DNA of 48,877 nt, taken from an uncultured Isosphaeraceae bacterium. Its GTDB lineage: Bacteria; Planctomycetota; Phycisphaerae; Phycisphaerales; SM1A02. Below the pieces are notes generated by a model, which did not search any database, had not been told where the DNA came from, and saw only the letters and a list, made by a program, of their open reading frames with translations. Numbering within the stretch: position 1 is the first letter of the stretch; each line of letters begins with the position of its first letter. The translations under genes were made by a program, and so were the position numbers. Of the stretch, positions 39,521 to 47,490 are shown piece by piece. The stretch spans positions 1 through 48,877 of the forward strand of contig CAZRPZ010000045.1 in the NCBI GenBank assembly GCA_964602215.1. Reading direction: 5' to 3'.

Positions 39521-42500
39521 ATGCACGGAGGATCAATGTTTGTTATTCATGCCAACTGGACGGCTGGCCATCTACATGTGTGGGCTGAATCTTTAGATAC
39601 ATTCAGTCCGGCAACGTGTGGAGATTCCCAACCTGCACCACCCCATTCAAATGGTGCTGTTGCTGTTGCACAAAAGCAAACGACCACTCATCCGTACGCC
39701 GTTCCATCAGAAGAATTAGCAAGATGTTTACGAGACGCAAAAATCGACATCGGAGAGTGTGTTGAATCATCCTTCGTTTTGAAATTGCCGCATGATCTAC
39801 TTGCTCCATGGCCAAGTGATCGGCTCATCAGCATCATGGGAGATTATGAACATGCGAGCGATCCAATTCTTGGAGAATTCCATATACCAAGCATCTCGAT
39901 TCAGCCATCAATTGCAATCCGACTTTTGCATGCTCTTGAGCAACACCCATGTGATGAGAAGTTTGAAATTGGAAGTTCAATCCATTTTTGGTCTAGTGTT
40001 GCACAGTTCTCTTTAGATCTTCTTGTCGATCAACGATTTATTCCAACACTCTTACAGGTTGATCGAAAACATTTGACAGCAACTTGGACCCCATGGCTCC
40101 ATGATGAGGAAGTAGTCAATAGATTTGGACTTCTTCTTCGCGCGATGCCACCCGTTGCACGTGCAACTACAGGTGAGGGTAGGAATCTACTTGAATCTGC
40201 CATTGCAGATATAACAAACGATCTAATTCGTAAAGCACTTATTGCAGATGACTTTGAAGATTCGGTAGATGGTTGGGATTCCACCCAAGACTCGCATGTA
40301 TCTTGGCTAACAGCCCTTCTACACAGCAATAATAGAGTGCCGGGTGACCCCGATCGGCTTTTGGGTATTTTTACCGATGCTAGGCGGTGGCTAGGTCGAC
40401 TTTGTGATGTCGGTGAGGATCTTTCATGGCGCCTTCTACTAGAACTTCATGAACCAACTGAAAATCCAGATTCATGGTTATTAACCTATGCATTGCAATC
40501 AGCTGAAGACGAATCAAGAGAGGTCTCCGCTGAAGAAGTCTGGAATGAAACGGGAAGTGAGAGTGGAAGTGATGATCGACTTCCTGAACTTTTCCTTGCA
40601 GAGCTCGACCGAGCAGCATCGTTGTATCCAAAACTTGAATCATCTCTTGAAGAGTCAACGCCAAGCAGCATCGAATTAAACACAACCGAAGCGCATCGTT
40701 TTCTTATTGAGTTCCTACCGTTACTTGAAGAATCTGGTTTTAGAACAACTGTGCCAATGTGGTGGGGAAGTGAACAAAGTTCTTTGAGTGCGAGTTTACA
40801 TATCGATTCACCGTCCATGGATGTGGTGTTAAGTGAACGAGCAGAAGGTGCGTATGGTTCCTCATCTGTTTTGGGGTTGAATGCAATTGTCGAATGCCAG
40901 TGGCAAGTGGCGGTTGGTGGACATTTGTTAACCAAAGAAGAATTTGAACAACTGTTAAAACAGAAACAACCACTTGTACAAGTTCAAGGTGAATGGGTGC
41001 ACCTACAGCCAGGAGCAATCGAAGAGGCGAAGCGATTATTTGTTGATGGAGCAACAACATCAATGCCACTCGTTGAAGCATTGCGGTTAACTCAAGGAGA
41101 CGGAGATACCAATCATGCATTATCAATCGGTGGATTTACTGCAACGGGATGGGTGAAAGAACTTCTCGACTCGACAACTGACAGCGAGTCTTTGCCTGAA
41201 GTTTCACAACCACCCAATTTTGAAGGGCAGCTTCGTCCATACCAATTAACAGGTTTAAGGTGGATGGCGTTCCTGTCGAAATTCGGTATTGGAACGTGTC
41301 TAGCTGATGACATGGGATTAGGTAAAACAATCCAACTAATCGCACTACTGCAACATGAACGAATAGAACAACACGCAATCATTGGACCAACCTTGTTGGT
41401 TGTACCAACATCAGTCGTGGGAAACTGGGCAAGGGAACTAGATAAATTTGCACCCGAACTGAAAGTTCATATTCACCACGGTCCAGATAGACCCTTAGGC
41501 GATGAGTTTGCAGAAATTGTTTCCAATCATGATGTAATCATTACAACGTACGGCCTTGTACATCGAGATCGCGAAACACTTCATCAGATTTCATGGCACA
41601 GAGTGACTCTTGATGAAGCACAGTACATAAAAAATCCTCCGACCAAACAAGCGCAATCAATTCGTGCAATTAAAGCATGGCACAGAGTCGCCCTTACTGG
41701 CACGCCTGTAGAAAATAGATTAATTGAGTTGTGGTCAATCATGGAGTTTTTGAACCCCGGATATCTTGGGCAAGCAACAACATTCAAACGGACAATTGCA
41801 AGACCAATCGAACAACGTAGAGATCCAAAGCGAACCGAGCAGTTGCGAAGGATGATTCAACCATTTGTGTTACGAAGATTGAAAACAGACGCAACTGTGA
41901 TTGATGATCTTCCAGATTGTGTGCAAACAAAAGAATATGCAAACCTTACAACTGAGCAAGCAGGCATCTATCAGCAAGTTGTTAACAAGATGATGAATGA
42001 AGTTGAACAATCAGAAGGGATTCAGCGAAGGGGTCTTGTTCTTTCAACGCTCGTCAAATTAAAACAAGTTTGCAACCATCCGGGTCACTATGCACAGGCA
42101 GGACACCGCGACGGAATTCCGGTGCAAGAAACGAGCACACCCGGCTTGCAATCTGCCCGATCAGGAAAAGCGTCACGACTAATGACCCTTCTTGAAGAAG
42201 TTGTGGCTACTGGTGAAAAGGCGCTTGTTTTTACACAGTTCAGAGAAATGGGTCGCCTTCTATCTGCAATGATTCAACACGATCTTGATTGCGACACTTT
42301 ATTTTTGCATGGGGGAACACCCACAAAACGAAGGCAGCAATTTATCGATCGATTCCAAGCAGATGATGGCAATGTTCCCGTCTTTATTTTGTCTTTAAAA
42401 GCAGGGGGTGTGGGGTTAAACTTAACAGCCGCAAATCATGTGTTCCATTTCGATCGTTGGTGGAATCCTGCGGTTGAAAATCAAGCAACAGACAGGGCGT

Positions 42501-42709
42501 TTCGTATTGGGCAACAAAAAACAGTACATGTCCACAAGTTTGTTTGTACTGGAACTCTTGAAGAACGAATCGATCAAATGATTGAACAGAAAATGGAATT
42601 AGCAGAGAATATTGTTGGCTCTGGTGAACAATGGATTTCTGATTTAACTGCAAGTCAACTGCGTGACATGCTTGTATTGCGTGAATCCGCAGTCGAAGGA
42701 GACATGTAA
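39521..42709 (+). CDS. SNF2-family helicase/translocase with a large N-terminal SNF2-associated region
   Basis: LADDMGLGKT (motif I), DEAQYIKN (motif II), LTGTPVENR, and SLKAGGVGLNLTAANHVFHFDRWWNPAVENQATDRAFRIGQ (motifs V/VI). About 560 aa precede the ATPase core. The first ATG lies 4 nt after the tRNA. A second ATG at 39536 follows GGAGGA. Confidence 0.9.
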   Translation: MHGGSMFVIHANWTAGHLHVWAESLDTFSPATCGDSQPAPPHSNGAVAVAQKQTTTHPYAVPSEELARCLRDAKIDIGECVESSFVLKLPHDLLAPWPSDRLISIMGDYEHASDPILGEFHIPSISIQPSIAIRLLHALEQHPCDEKFEIGSSIHFWSSVAQFSLDLLVDQRFIPTLLQVDRKHLTATWTPWLHDEEVVNRFGLLLRAMPPVARATTGEGRNLLESAIADITNDLIRKALIADDFEDSVDGWDSTQDSHVSWLTALLHSNNRVPGDPDRLLGIFTDARRWLGRLCDVGEDLSWRLLLELHEPTENPDSWLLTYALQSAEDESREVSAEEVWNETGSESGSDDRLPELFLAELDRAASLYPKLESSLEESTPSSIELNTTEAHRFLIEFLPLLEESGFRTTVPMWWGSEQSSLSASLHIDSPSMDVVLSERAEGAYGSSSVLGLNAIVECQWQVAVGGHLLTKEEFEQLLKQKQPLVQVQGEWVHLQPGAIEEAKRLFVDGATTSMPLVEALRLTQGDGDTNHALSIGGFTATGWVKELLDSTTDSESLPEVSQPPNFEGQLRPYQLTGLRWMAFLSKFGIGTCLADDMGLGKTIQLIALLQHERIEQHAIIGPTLLVVPTSVVGNWARELDKFAPELKVHIHHGPDRPLGDEFAEIVSNHDVIITTYGLVHRDRETLHQISWHRVTLDEAQYIKNPPTKQAQSIRAIKAWHRVALTGTPVENRLIELWSIMEFLNPGYLGQATTFKRTIARPIEQRRDPKRTEQLRRMIQPFVLRRLKTDATVIDDLPDCVQTKEYANLTTEQAGIYQQVVNKMMNEVEQSEGIQRRGLVLSTLVKLKQVCNHPGHYAQAGHRDGIPVQETSTPGLQSARSGKASRLMTLLEEVVATGEKALVFTQFREMGRLLSAMIQHDLDCDTLFLHGGTPTKRRQQFIDRFQADDGNVPVFILSLKAGGVGLNLTAANHVFHFDRWWNPAVENQATDRAFRIGQQKTVHVHKFVCTGTLEERIDQMIEQKMELAENIVGSGEQWISDLTASQLRDMLVLRESAVEGDM

Positions 42710-42719
42710 GGGTACTAAA

Positions 42720-43544
42720 ATGGCAAAAAACACGAAGCCAATTTTAAAATTAAAAACATCCATTGAAGATTTACATCTTCATACGCCTTCATCTTGGGTG
42801 ATTGATGCAATCCAAAACAATTTTTCAATGGATCGCCTTGTTGCAGGTCAAACGTATGCAATGGATGGTCAAATACGTTCCCTTCAAATTTCAAAGGGGT
42901 TGATTAAGTCTAGTGTGATGTGTATCGAAGAGAAACCATTTCGTCTTGAAATAGATGTTCCAGTGTTATCTTCAAATCAATGGACGAAAGTTGCACAACG
43001 GATGGCGGGTGAAGCAAGAATTGCTGCTCGACTTTCAGCAGGAAAAATTCCTTCGAATTTATCAACAATGTTGGAAGATTGTGGACAAGCAGCATTTGCA
43101 GAAAAATTACAGGTCCGATGTTCGTGTAAAGATAAAAAATTATGTAAACATGCTGCGGCAGCGATGTTTTTAACAGCTCAGCGGCTACTTGCAGCTCCAC
43201 TTTTATATTTTGAATTACGAGGGACTGATAAAGACGATTTGCTTATCAAACTCCGCCAAGCAAGAACACTAGAGGCGAAAGGGGAAGCAAGGGCACATGC
43301 GAGTATTCGCGAAGATGACGTGCCGGCGCTTCCACTTCTTGAGGACTGTCTTTTTGATTTTTGGAGATCTCCTCATTCACTCAAAGAAGCAGATTTAGCG
43401 CAAATGCCTACACACCTTCCACACACATTACTTCGAAGACTTGGCAATTCACCTATGGATGGGAAGTTTCCGATGGTTGGGTTGCTTGAAACGATTTACG
43501 ATGACGTTTCGAATGTTGCTAGGGAATTGAGAAGAGATTCCTGA
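42720..43544 (+). CDS. SWIM zinc-finger protein (partner of the SNF2 helicase)
   Basis: CSCKDKKLCKH fits the CxCxnCxH SWIM signature. The ATG lies 10 nt after the helicase stop. The track ORF starts at an upstream GTG inside the helicase gene. Confidence 0.85.
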   Translation: MAKNTKPILKLKTSIEDLHLHTPSSWVIDAIQNNFSMDRLVAGQTYAMDGQIRSLQISKGLIKSSVMCIEEKPFRLEIDVPVLSSNQWTKVAQRMAGEARIAARLSAGKIPSNLSTMLEDCGQAAFAEKLQVRCSCKDKKLCKHAAAAMFLTAQRLLAAPLLYFELRGTDKDDLLIKLRQARTLEAKGEARAHASIREDDVPALPLLEDCLFDFWRSPHSLKEADLAQMPTHLPHTLLRRLGNSPMDGKFPMVGLLETIYDDVSNVARELRRDS

Positions 43545-43556
43545 ATTTCTGGTGAC

Positions 43557-43626
43557 CGTCACACTGCTAAACAGGACAGTCACGTCGAAATCGTCACACT
43601 GCTAAACAGGACAGTCACGTCGAATT
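43557..43626. repeat. Two tandem 35-nt direct repeats (CGTCACACTGCTAAACAGGACAGTCACGTCGAA[A/T]T)
   Basis: Read directly. The units at 43557-43591 and 43592-43626 match at 34 of 35 positions. The palindrome GTGAC-C-GTCAC spans 43552-43562 at the left edge. Confidence 0.9.
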
Positions 43627-43764
43627 CAACAGGGGTTCCTGAAAGAAATCAGGAGTTAGGCACTTATCTATCCATACCAACTGACGTTCAAGTTATTGGA
43701 CGTAGTTTTTTTCTGAAAACACACAAAAGTCACGTGTTTTTCTCGCCGATAGGTTATCACCCCA

Positions 43765-44049
43765 ATGCTGGGAAATACGGAGTCATCCAACATGAAAAAC
43801 AAGAATCAATCATCTGAACATGTCCGCCCAATGCTTGAAGCAATGGCGAGATCGATCGATGCTGCTCGTGCAAAACGTACAGCCCCAGCACCAAGCGCAT
43901 GGTCTGGATCGTCGGAGGGGACGGTCCCAAATCACGCGAATTTCACAATTGGTAGCCCAGTTGCTGATAATGGCAAAGCGAAAGCACAGCCAAAATCTCC
44001 TGCGAGTTCCTTCTTTAGAGAACGGGAAGAATATCGCAAAGCGGGTTAA
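43765..44049 (+). CDS. Hypothetical small protein
   Basis: 94-aa ORF followed 17 nt later by a perfect 19-bp hairpin. Low-complexity Ala/Ser/Pro-rich sequence. Coding status uncertain. Confidence 0.4.
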   Translation: MLGNTESSNMKNKNQSSEHVRPMLEAMARSIDAARAKRTAPAPSAWSGSSEGTVPNHANFTIGSPVADNGKAKAQPKSPASSFFREREEYRKAG

Positions 44050-44066
44050 CTTAAGACCCATTCCTG

Positions 44067-44108
44067 ACAAGACAAAAGGCACTCCGTTTGGAGTGCCTTT
44101 TGTCTTGT
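44067..44108. terminator. Perfect 19-bp hairpin between convergent genes (likely bidirectional terminator)
   Basis: ACAAGACAAAAGGCACTCC-GTTT-GGAGTGCCTTTTGTCTTGT. Confidence 0.65.
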
Positions 44109-44130
44109 GTTGGTGTTTGGTTACACCAAA

Positions 44131-44179
44131 GGGACATCCAGTAGTAAACTCGACAATGTCGAGTTTACTTGGGTGTCCC
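44131..44179 (-). terminator. Long imperfect hairpin downstream of rplS
   Basis: Core GTAAACTCGAC-AAT-GTCGAGTTTAC (11 bp) is extended by GGGACA/TGTCCC. On the minus strand it is followed by TTTGG. It lies 36 nt after the rplS stop. Confidence 0.5.
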
Positions 44180-44214
44180 GATTAGTTATACGTTTACTGA
44201 AAAGTTCAATTAAA

Positions 44215-44589
44215 CTAGGCGTTCTTTAAACCACGTCGTTGATCACGTATACGTCGTGATTTACCAACTCGATCTCGCAAGTAATACAATTTTGCACGCC
44301 TTGCATCGCCACGTCGAACGATTTCGATTTTTGCAATTCGAGGTGAATGTAAGGGGAATACTCTTTCAACACCCTCGTTTGCGACAATTCGGCGGACGGT
44401 TATGGTTGTGTTTACGCCACTTCCTTTTTGTCCAATGAGGACACCTTGGAAAATTTGAACACGTTCTTTGTCACCTTCAACAATCGTGTAGTGCACGTTA
44501 ATAGTGTCTCCAACACTGAAGGTTGGGAAGAAATCATCTGGTCTGAGTTGATTCGCTGTGACAGATGCGACTGTTTCTTGTTGGCCCAT
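44215..44589 (-). CDS. rplS: 50S ribosomal protein L19
   Basis: FSVGDTINVHYTIVEGDKERVQIFQGVLI...VRRIVANEGVERVFPLHSPRIAKIEIVRRGDARRAKLYYLR. The track start (44658) is a TTG. The first ATG (44589, preceded by AAGGA) gives an N-terminal length like E. coli L19. Confidence 0.93.
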   Translation of the reverse strand: MGQQETVASVTANQLRPDDFFPTFSVGDTINVHYTIVEGDKERVQIFQGVLIGQKGSGVNTTITVRRIVANEGVERVFPLHSPRIAKIEIVRRGDARRAKLYYLRDRVGKSRRIRDQRRGLKNA

Positions 44590-44660
44590 GGGTAGGGTTC
44601 CTTTAATACTGTTCCGTCTATTAGCACTCTGACTAATTTCGGGGGTGACTTGAGTCAAGC

Positions 44661-45374
44661 TCAGGGGTCAACTTCCTCGTTGCGGAGCAAATCAGGTCGC
44701 CTTGATTTGGTGCGACTGACCATTTGCTCTTCTCGCCACTTATCGACCGCTGCGTGGTCACCACTAAGTAGCACTTCTGGCACCTCCTGTTCCATCCACA
44801 CACGGGGACGTGTGTAGTGGGGGCAATCCAAAAGGCGTTCGCCTTCGTTGCCCCGTTTCGAAAAGGAGTCTTGATCAGCAGAATCTGCGTGACCAAGAAC
44901 GCCAGGGAGAAGCCGAACGACTGCATCAACAAGAAGCAACGCGGGGAGTTCTCCACCACTAAGCACATAATCTCCTATGCTTAGTTCGAGGGGATTGAGT
45001 GTTTCAATAACACGCTCGTCAATCCCTTCGTAATGACCAGCGATGAGAAGCAAATTCTCTTTAGTGGCCAGTTGTTCGACTCGTTTTTGTTTCAAGACTT
45101 CTCCTTGTGGGGTGAAGTGAATTCGAACGGGCGAACTATCGAATTGTCGCTCAACCTCTTGCACGCAGTCGTGCAATGGCTGGCACATCATCACCATTCC
45201 AGGTCCACCGCCAAATGGGCGATCATCAACCTTTCGGTGTGTGTTGTCGGCCCAATTGCGAATGTCATGGACATGTATTTCAACGTGTCCGCCATCCTGA
45301 GCTCGCTTGACGATACTTGTTGCTAACGTTGCTTTAAGCATCTCTGGAAAGAGTGTAAGGATGTCGATCCGCAT
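44661..45374 (-). CDS. trmD: tRNA (guanine37-N1)-methyltransferase TrmD
   Basis: MRIDILTLFPEM..., GGGPGMVM, and YEGIDERV...SIGDYVLSGGELPA. Confidence 0.95.
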   Translation of the reverse strand: MRIDILTLFPEMLKATLATSIVKRAQDGGHVEIHVHDIRNWADNTHRKVDDRPFGGGPGMVMMCQPLHDCVQEVERQFDSSPVRIHFTPQGEVLKQKRVEQLATKENLLLIAGHYEGIDERVIETLNPLELSIGDYVLSGGELPALLLVDAVVRLLPGVLGHADSADQDSFSKRGNEGERLLDCPHYTRPRVWMEQEVPEVLLSGDHAAVDKWREEQMVSRTKSRRPDLLRNEEVDP

Positions 45375-45391
45375 ATGAAGGACCTATGTCG

Positions 45392-45658
45392 TTAACCCAA
45401 TTTTTTCCCAGGGGTTGGATCGATATCAGCTCGTTTAAGCAAACTTACAACAGTTCGCGACGGTTGTGCGCCAACACTGAGCCAGTAATCGATTCGATCT
45501 GGTTTTAAACTGAGTTGTTTGTCTTCAGGTGCAATTGGATCAAACCAACCGAGTTCTTCAATCACTCGACCGTCGCGCGGTGCACGTTTATCCATTGCAT
45601 TGAGTCGGTAAAACGGACGGTGTCGTCGTCCGAGACGTTTGAGGCGTAATACCACCAT
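45392..45658 (-). CDS. rpsP: 30S ribosomal protein S16
   Basis: MVVLRLKRLGRRHRPFYRLNAMDKRAPRDGRVIEELGWFDP. Confidence 0.95.
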   Translation of the reverse strand: MVVLRLKRLGRRHRPFYRLNAMDKRAPRDGRVIEELGWFDPIAPEDKQLSLKPDRIDYWLSVGAQPSRTVVSLLKRADIDPTPGKKLG

Positions 45659-45816
45659 TGGGCATTATCTCCTTACTTTGGCTTCGTTAACTCTGGTGAG
45701 TTGTGATCCGTAGAGCGTTCATTGGACCATCCAATTTCAGCCGTGCGGAACCACTTCACGAAGCGATAACTCGAGCAGCGTATTGTAGCAATTAATCGCT
45801 ACGCGGTTAATTTCTA

Positions 45817-45833
45817 GTGACTGTCACGTCGAA
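45817..45833. promoter_or_regulatory. GTGAC-T-GTCAC palindrome plus GTCACGTCGAA; third copy of the motif found in the 43557-43626 repeats
   Basis: GACTGTCACGTCGAA (45819-45833) matches GACAGTCACGTCGAA (43575-43589 and 43610-43624) at 14 of 15 positions. Located between the M50 gene stop and the rpsP start. Confidence 0.4.
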
Positions 45834-45853
45834 CTTCATTACCCCTGAGGCAA

Positions 45854-46501
45854 TTAACCCACGATTTGCCAGATAAAAAGGGCGTATCGAGCTGCAAGCT
45901 CATTTGCCCACATGAACACCGCGCTAAACAGATTCGACCATATCAGAGCAACAAAGAGCAATAGACCTGCGAATTGAGCTTGGGGATGTCGATACCAACC
46001 AGCGACAGTAGTGGAGAGATTTGCCAAAATGTTTGAACCGTCAAGGGGTGGAACGGGCAACATATTCAATGCGAACAAGATGAGATTCAAAAAACCACCT
46101 GTAAGGAGGAACGTTTCAAGGTGCGTTTGTTCTGTCATTGGGTCGATGATGAAGCCCAATATTGTGAGCACCACAAATGCAAGCAGTAGATTCATCGCAG
46201 GCCCAGCAAACGATACAAAGATGCGTCCCCACTTGCCATGGCGGAATCTGTAAGGGTTCACAGGCATCATGCCCCACGCAATACCAATGAACAAAAATGC
46301 GATAAGTGATGGCAATCCCATGTGTACCACAGGATTTGCAGTCATATGACCAGTTGATCGAGGCGTATCATCACCCTCCCATATCGCCGCCCAGCCATGG
46401 GCAAGTTCATGCAGTGTGATTGATGCGATGACCCAGAAAATCCACGAAACAAGTTCGATTCCTCTTCCTGCCATCCATAAATCATGTACCCACCAAGTCA
46501 T
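45854..46501 (-). CDS. Site-2 protease family (M50) membrane metalloprotease, short form
   Basis: HELAHG zinc motif within TM helices. The second-site motif region reads NMLPVPPLDG. 215 aa. Confidence 0.8.
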   Translation of the reverse strand: MTWWVHDLWMAGRGIELVSWIFWVIASITLHELAHGWAAIWEGDDTPRSTGHMTANPVVHMGLPSLIAFLFIGIAWGMMPVNPYRFRHGKWGRIFVSFAGPAMNLLLAFVVLTILGFIIDPMTEQTHLETFLLTGGFLNLILFALNMLPVPPLDGSNILANLSTTVAGWYRHPQAQFAGLLLFVALIWSNLFSAVFMWANELAARYALFIWQIVG

Positions 46502-46507
46502 CTAAAT

Positions 46508-46858
46508 TTATTGTTTCGCATCCAATGCTGCTCGAATGTCAACTGAAGATGGAAGCCCATCTCCCCAATTACGACAACTCACCCCACCATTTTTGTTTGC
46601 TGGCACCCCAAACAAGTCTTCTCCATTTACAAGAATGGTTGGTGCGCCCCATCCAAGCCGAGAATCTTTCTCGTCAAGCGCCATCAAGTTCACATCGATA
46701 ATTTCAAGGTTCGAATCCGCTTCAATAAGCCGACTGCGAAGTTCTGGGGTGTTTGGACATCCCTCAAAACCGAGGAATTCGACACTATTCTTAGATGTAC
46801 ATGAAGTAGCCATAAGGAAAAGGGGGAGTATCGTAGCGAATACAGTTTGCGGTGACAT
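46508..46858 (-). CDS. Hypothetical lipoprotein, possibly thioredoxin-fold-like
   Basis: Lipobox LMATSC. The layout FLGFEGCPNTPEL...PTILVNGEDLFG loosely recalls small thioredoxin-fold proteins. The family call is weak. Confidence 0.5.
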   Translation of the reverse strand: MSPQTVFATILPLFLMATSCTSKNSVEFLGFEGCPNTPELRSRLIEADSNLEIIDVNLMALDEKDSRLGWGAPTILVNGEDLFGVPANKNGGVSCRNWGDGLPSSVDIRAALDAKQ

Positions 46859-46884
46859 CCTATATAGCGTACGCTGTCAATCAA

Positions 46885-47490
46885 ATGTCTGCAGAAACCG
46901 ATATCCGAACGGACGAAGATCTCCTATCCGCCCACATTGACGGAGATTCTGGCGCTTTTCCAGAGTTAATGGAAAGATATAAGAATGATCTTCTTCATTT
47001 TCTTATTCGTTTCGTTGGCACTAGAGCAGCCGCAGAGGACGTTTTTCAGGAAACCTTTCTCCAAATTCACATTTCAGCGTCCACTTTTGACCCTACAAGG
47101 CGATTTAAACCGTGGCTTTTTACAATTGCAGCGAACAAAGGTAGGGATTGGCACCGTAAACACTCCAAGCGAACAGTGATGTCACTGTCGCAGGAAGTTG
47201 GTGGCGATGGCGAGGGAGCTCGTTTCGTCGACCTTATGGAGAGTGAACAGGATTTACCAGATGCCAAAATACTTGATAGTGAACAAACTGACTGCATCCG
47301 AGCAGCAGTGGACGAACTTCCAAGCCACTTACGGGAGATTCTTTTGTTGAGTTATTTCCAACAAATGAGTTATCTGCAAATTGCAGAATCACTTCAGATT
47401 CCACTTGGTACTGTGAAGAGCCGGCTACACGCAGCAGTGGCTACGTTTAGTAATGCTTGGCAATCAGCAAATAATGAGGAAGCAGCATGA
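46885..47490 (+). CDS. ECF-type RNA polymerase sigma-70 factor
   Basis: Region 2 FKPWLFTIAANKGRDWHRKH. Region 4 MSYLQIAESLQIPLGTVKSRLHAAV. The track start (46852) is a GTG overlapping the divergent gene, so the first ATG at 46885 is used here. Confidence 0.9.
   Translation: MSAETDIRTDEDLLSAHIDGDSGAFPELMERYKNDLLHFLIRFVGTRAAAEDVFQETFLQIHISASTFDPTRRFKPWLFTIAANKGRDWHRKHSKRTVMSLSQEVGGDGEGARFVDLMESEQDLPDAKILDSEQTDCIRAAVDELPSHLREILLLSYFQQMSYLQIAESLQIPLGTVKSRLHAAVATFSNAWQSANNEEAA

Noticed and set aside
43557-43626. Tandem 35-nt repeats as a miniature CRISPR array
   Set aside because: The two units are contiguous with no spacer between them. There are only two copies and no cas genes in the window.
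43725-43741. parS-like site around CACGTG (aaaagtCACGTGttttt)
   Set aside because: Only the central CACGTG matches the parS core. The flanks do not match the GTT-N/N-AAC arms of the consensus, and the overall palindrome is poor.
37800-44200. Possible integrative genomic island: tyrosine recombinase next to tRNA-Lys, followed by SNF2/SWIM cargo
   Set aside because: The recombinase has the full XerC/XerD-type architecture and motifs rather than a phage-integrase look. It lies on the 5' side of the tRNA and is divergently oriented. I found no direct repeat of the tRNA 3' end downstream (for example near 43545-44200) that could serve as an att site. No other mobile-element genes are present.
44621-44629. 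TTAGCACTC, the left half of the HrcA CIRCE operator
   Set aside because: The required GAGTGCTAA half-site 9 nt downstream is absent (the sequence reads TGACTAATT). The location is between trmD and the rplS ATG, not upstream of a chaperone gene.
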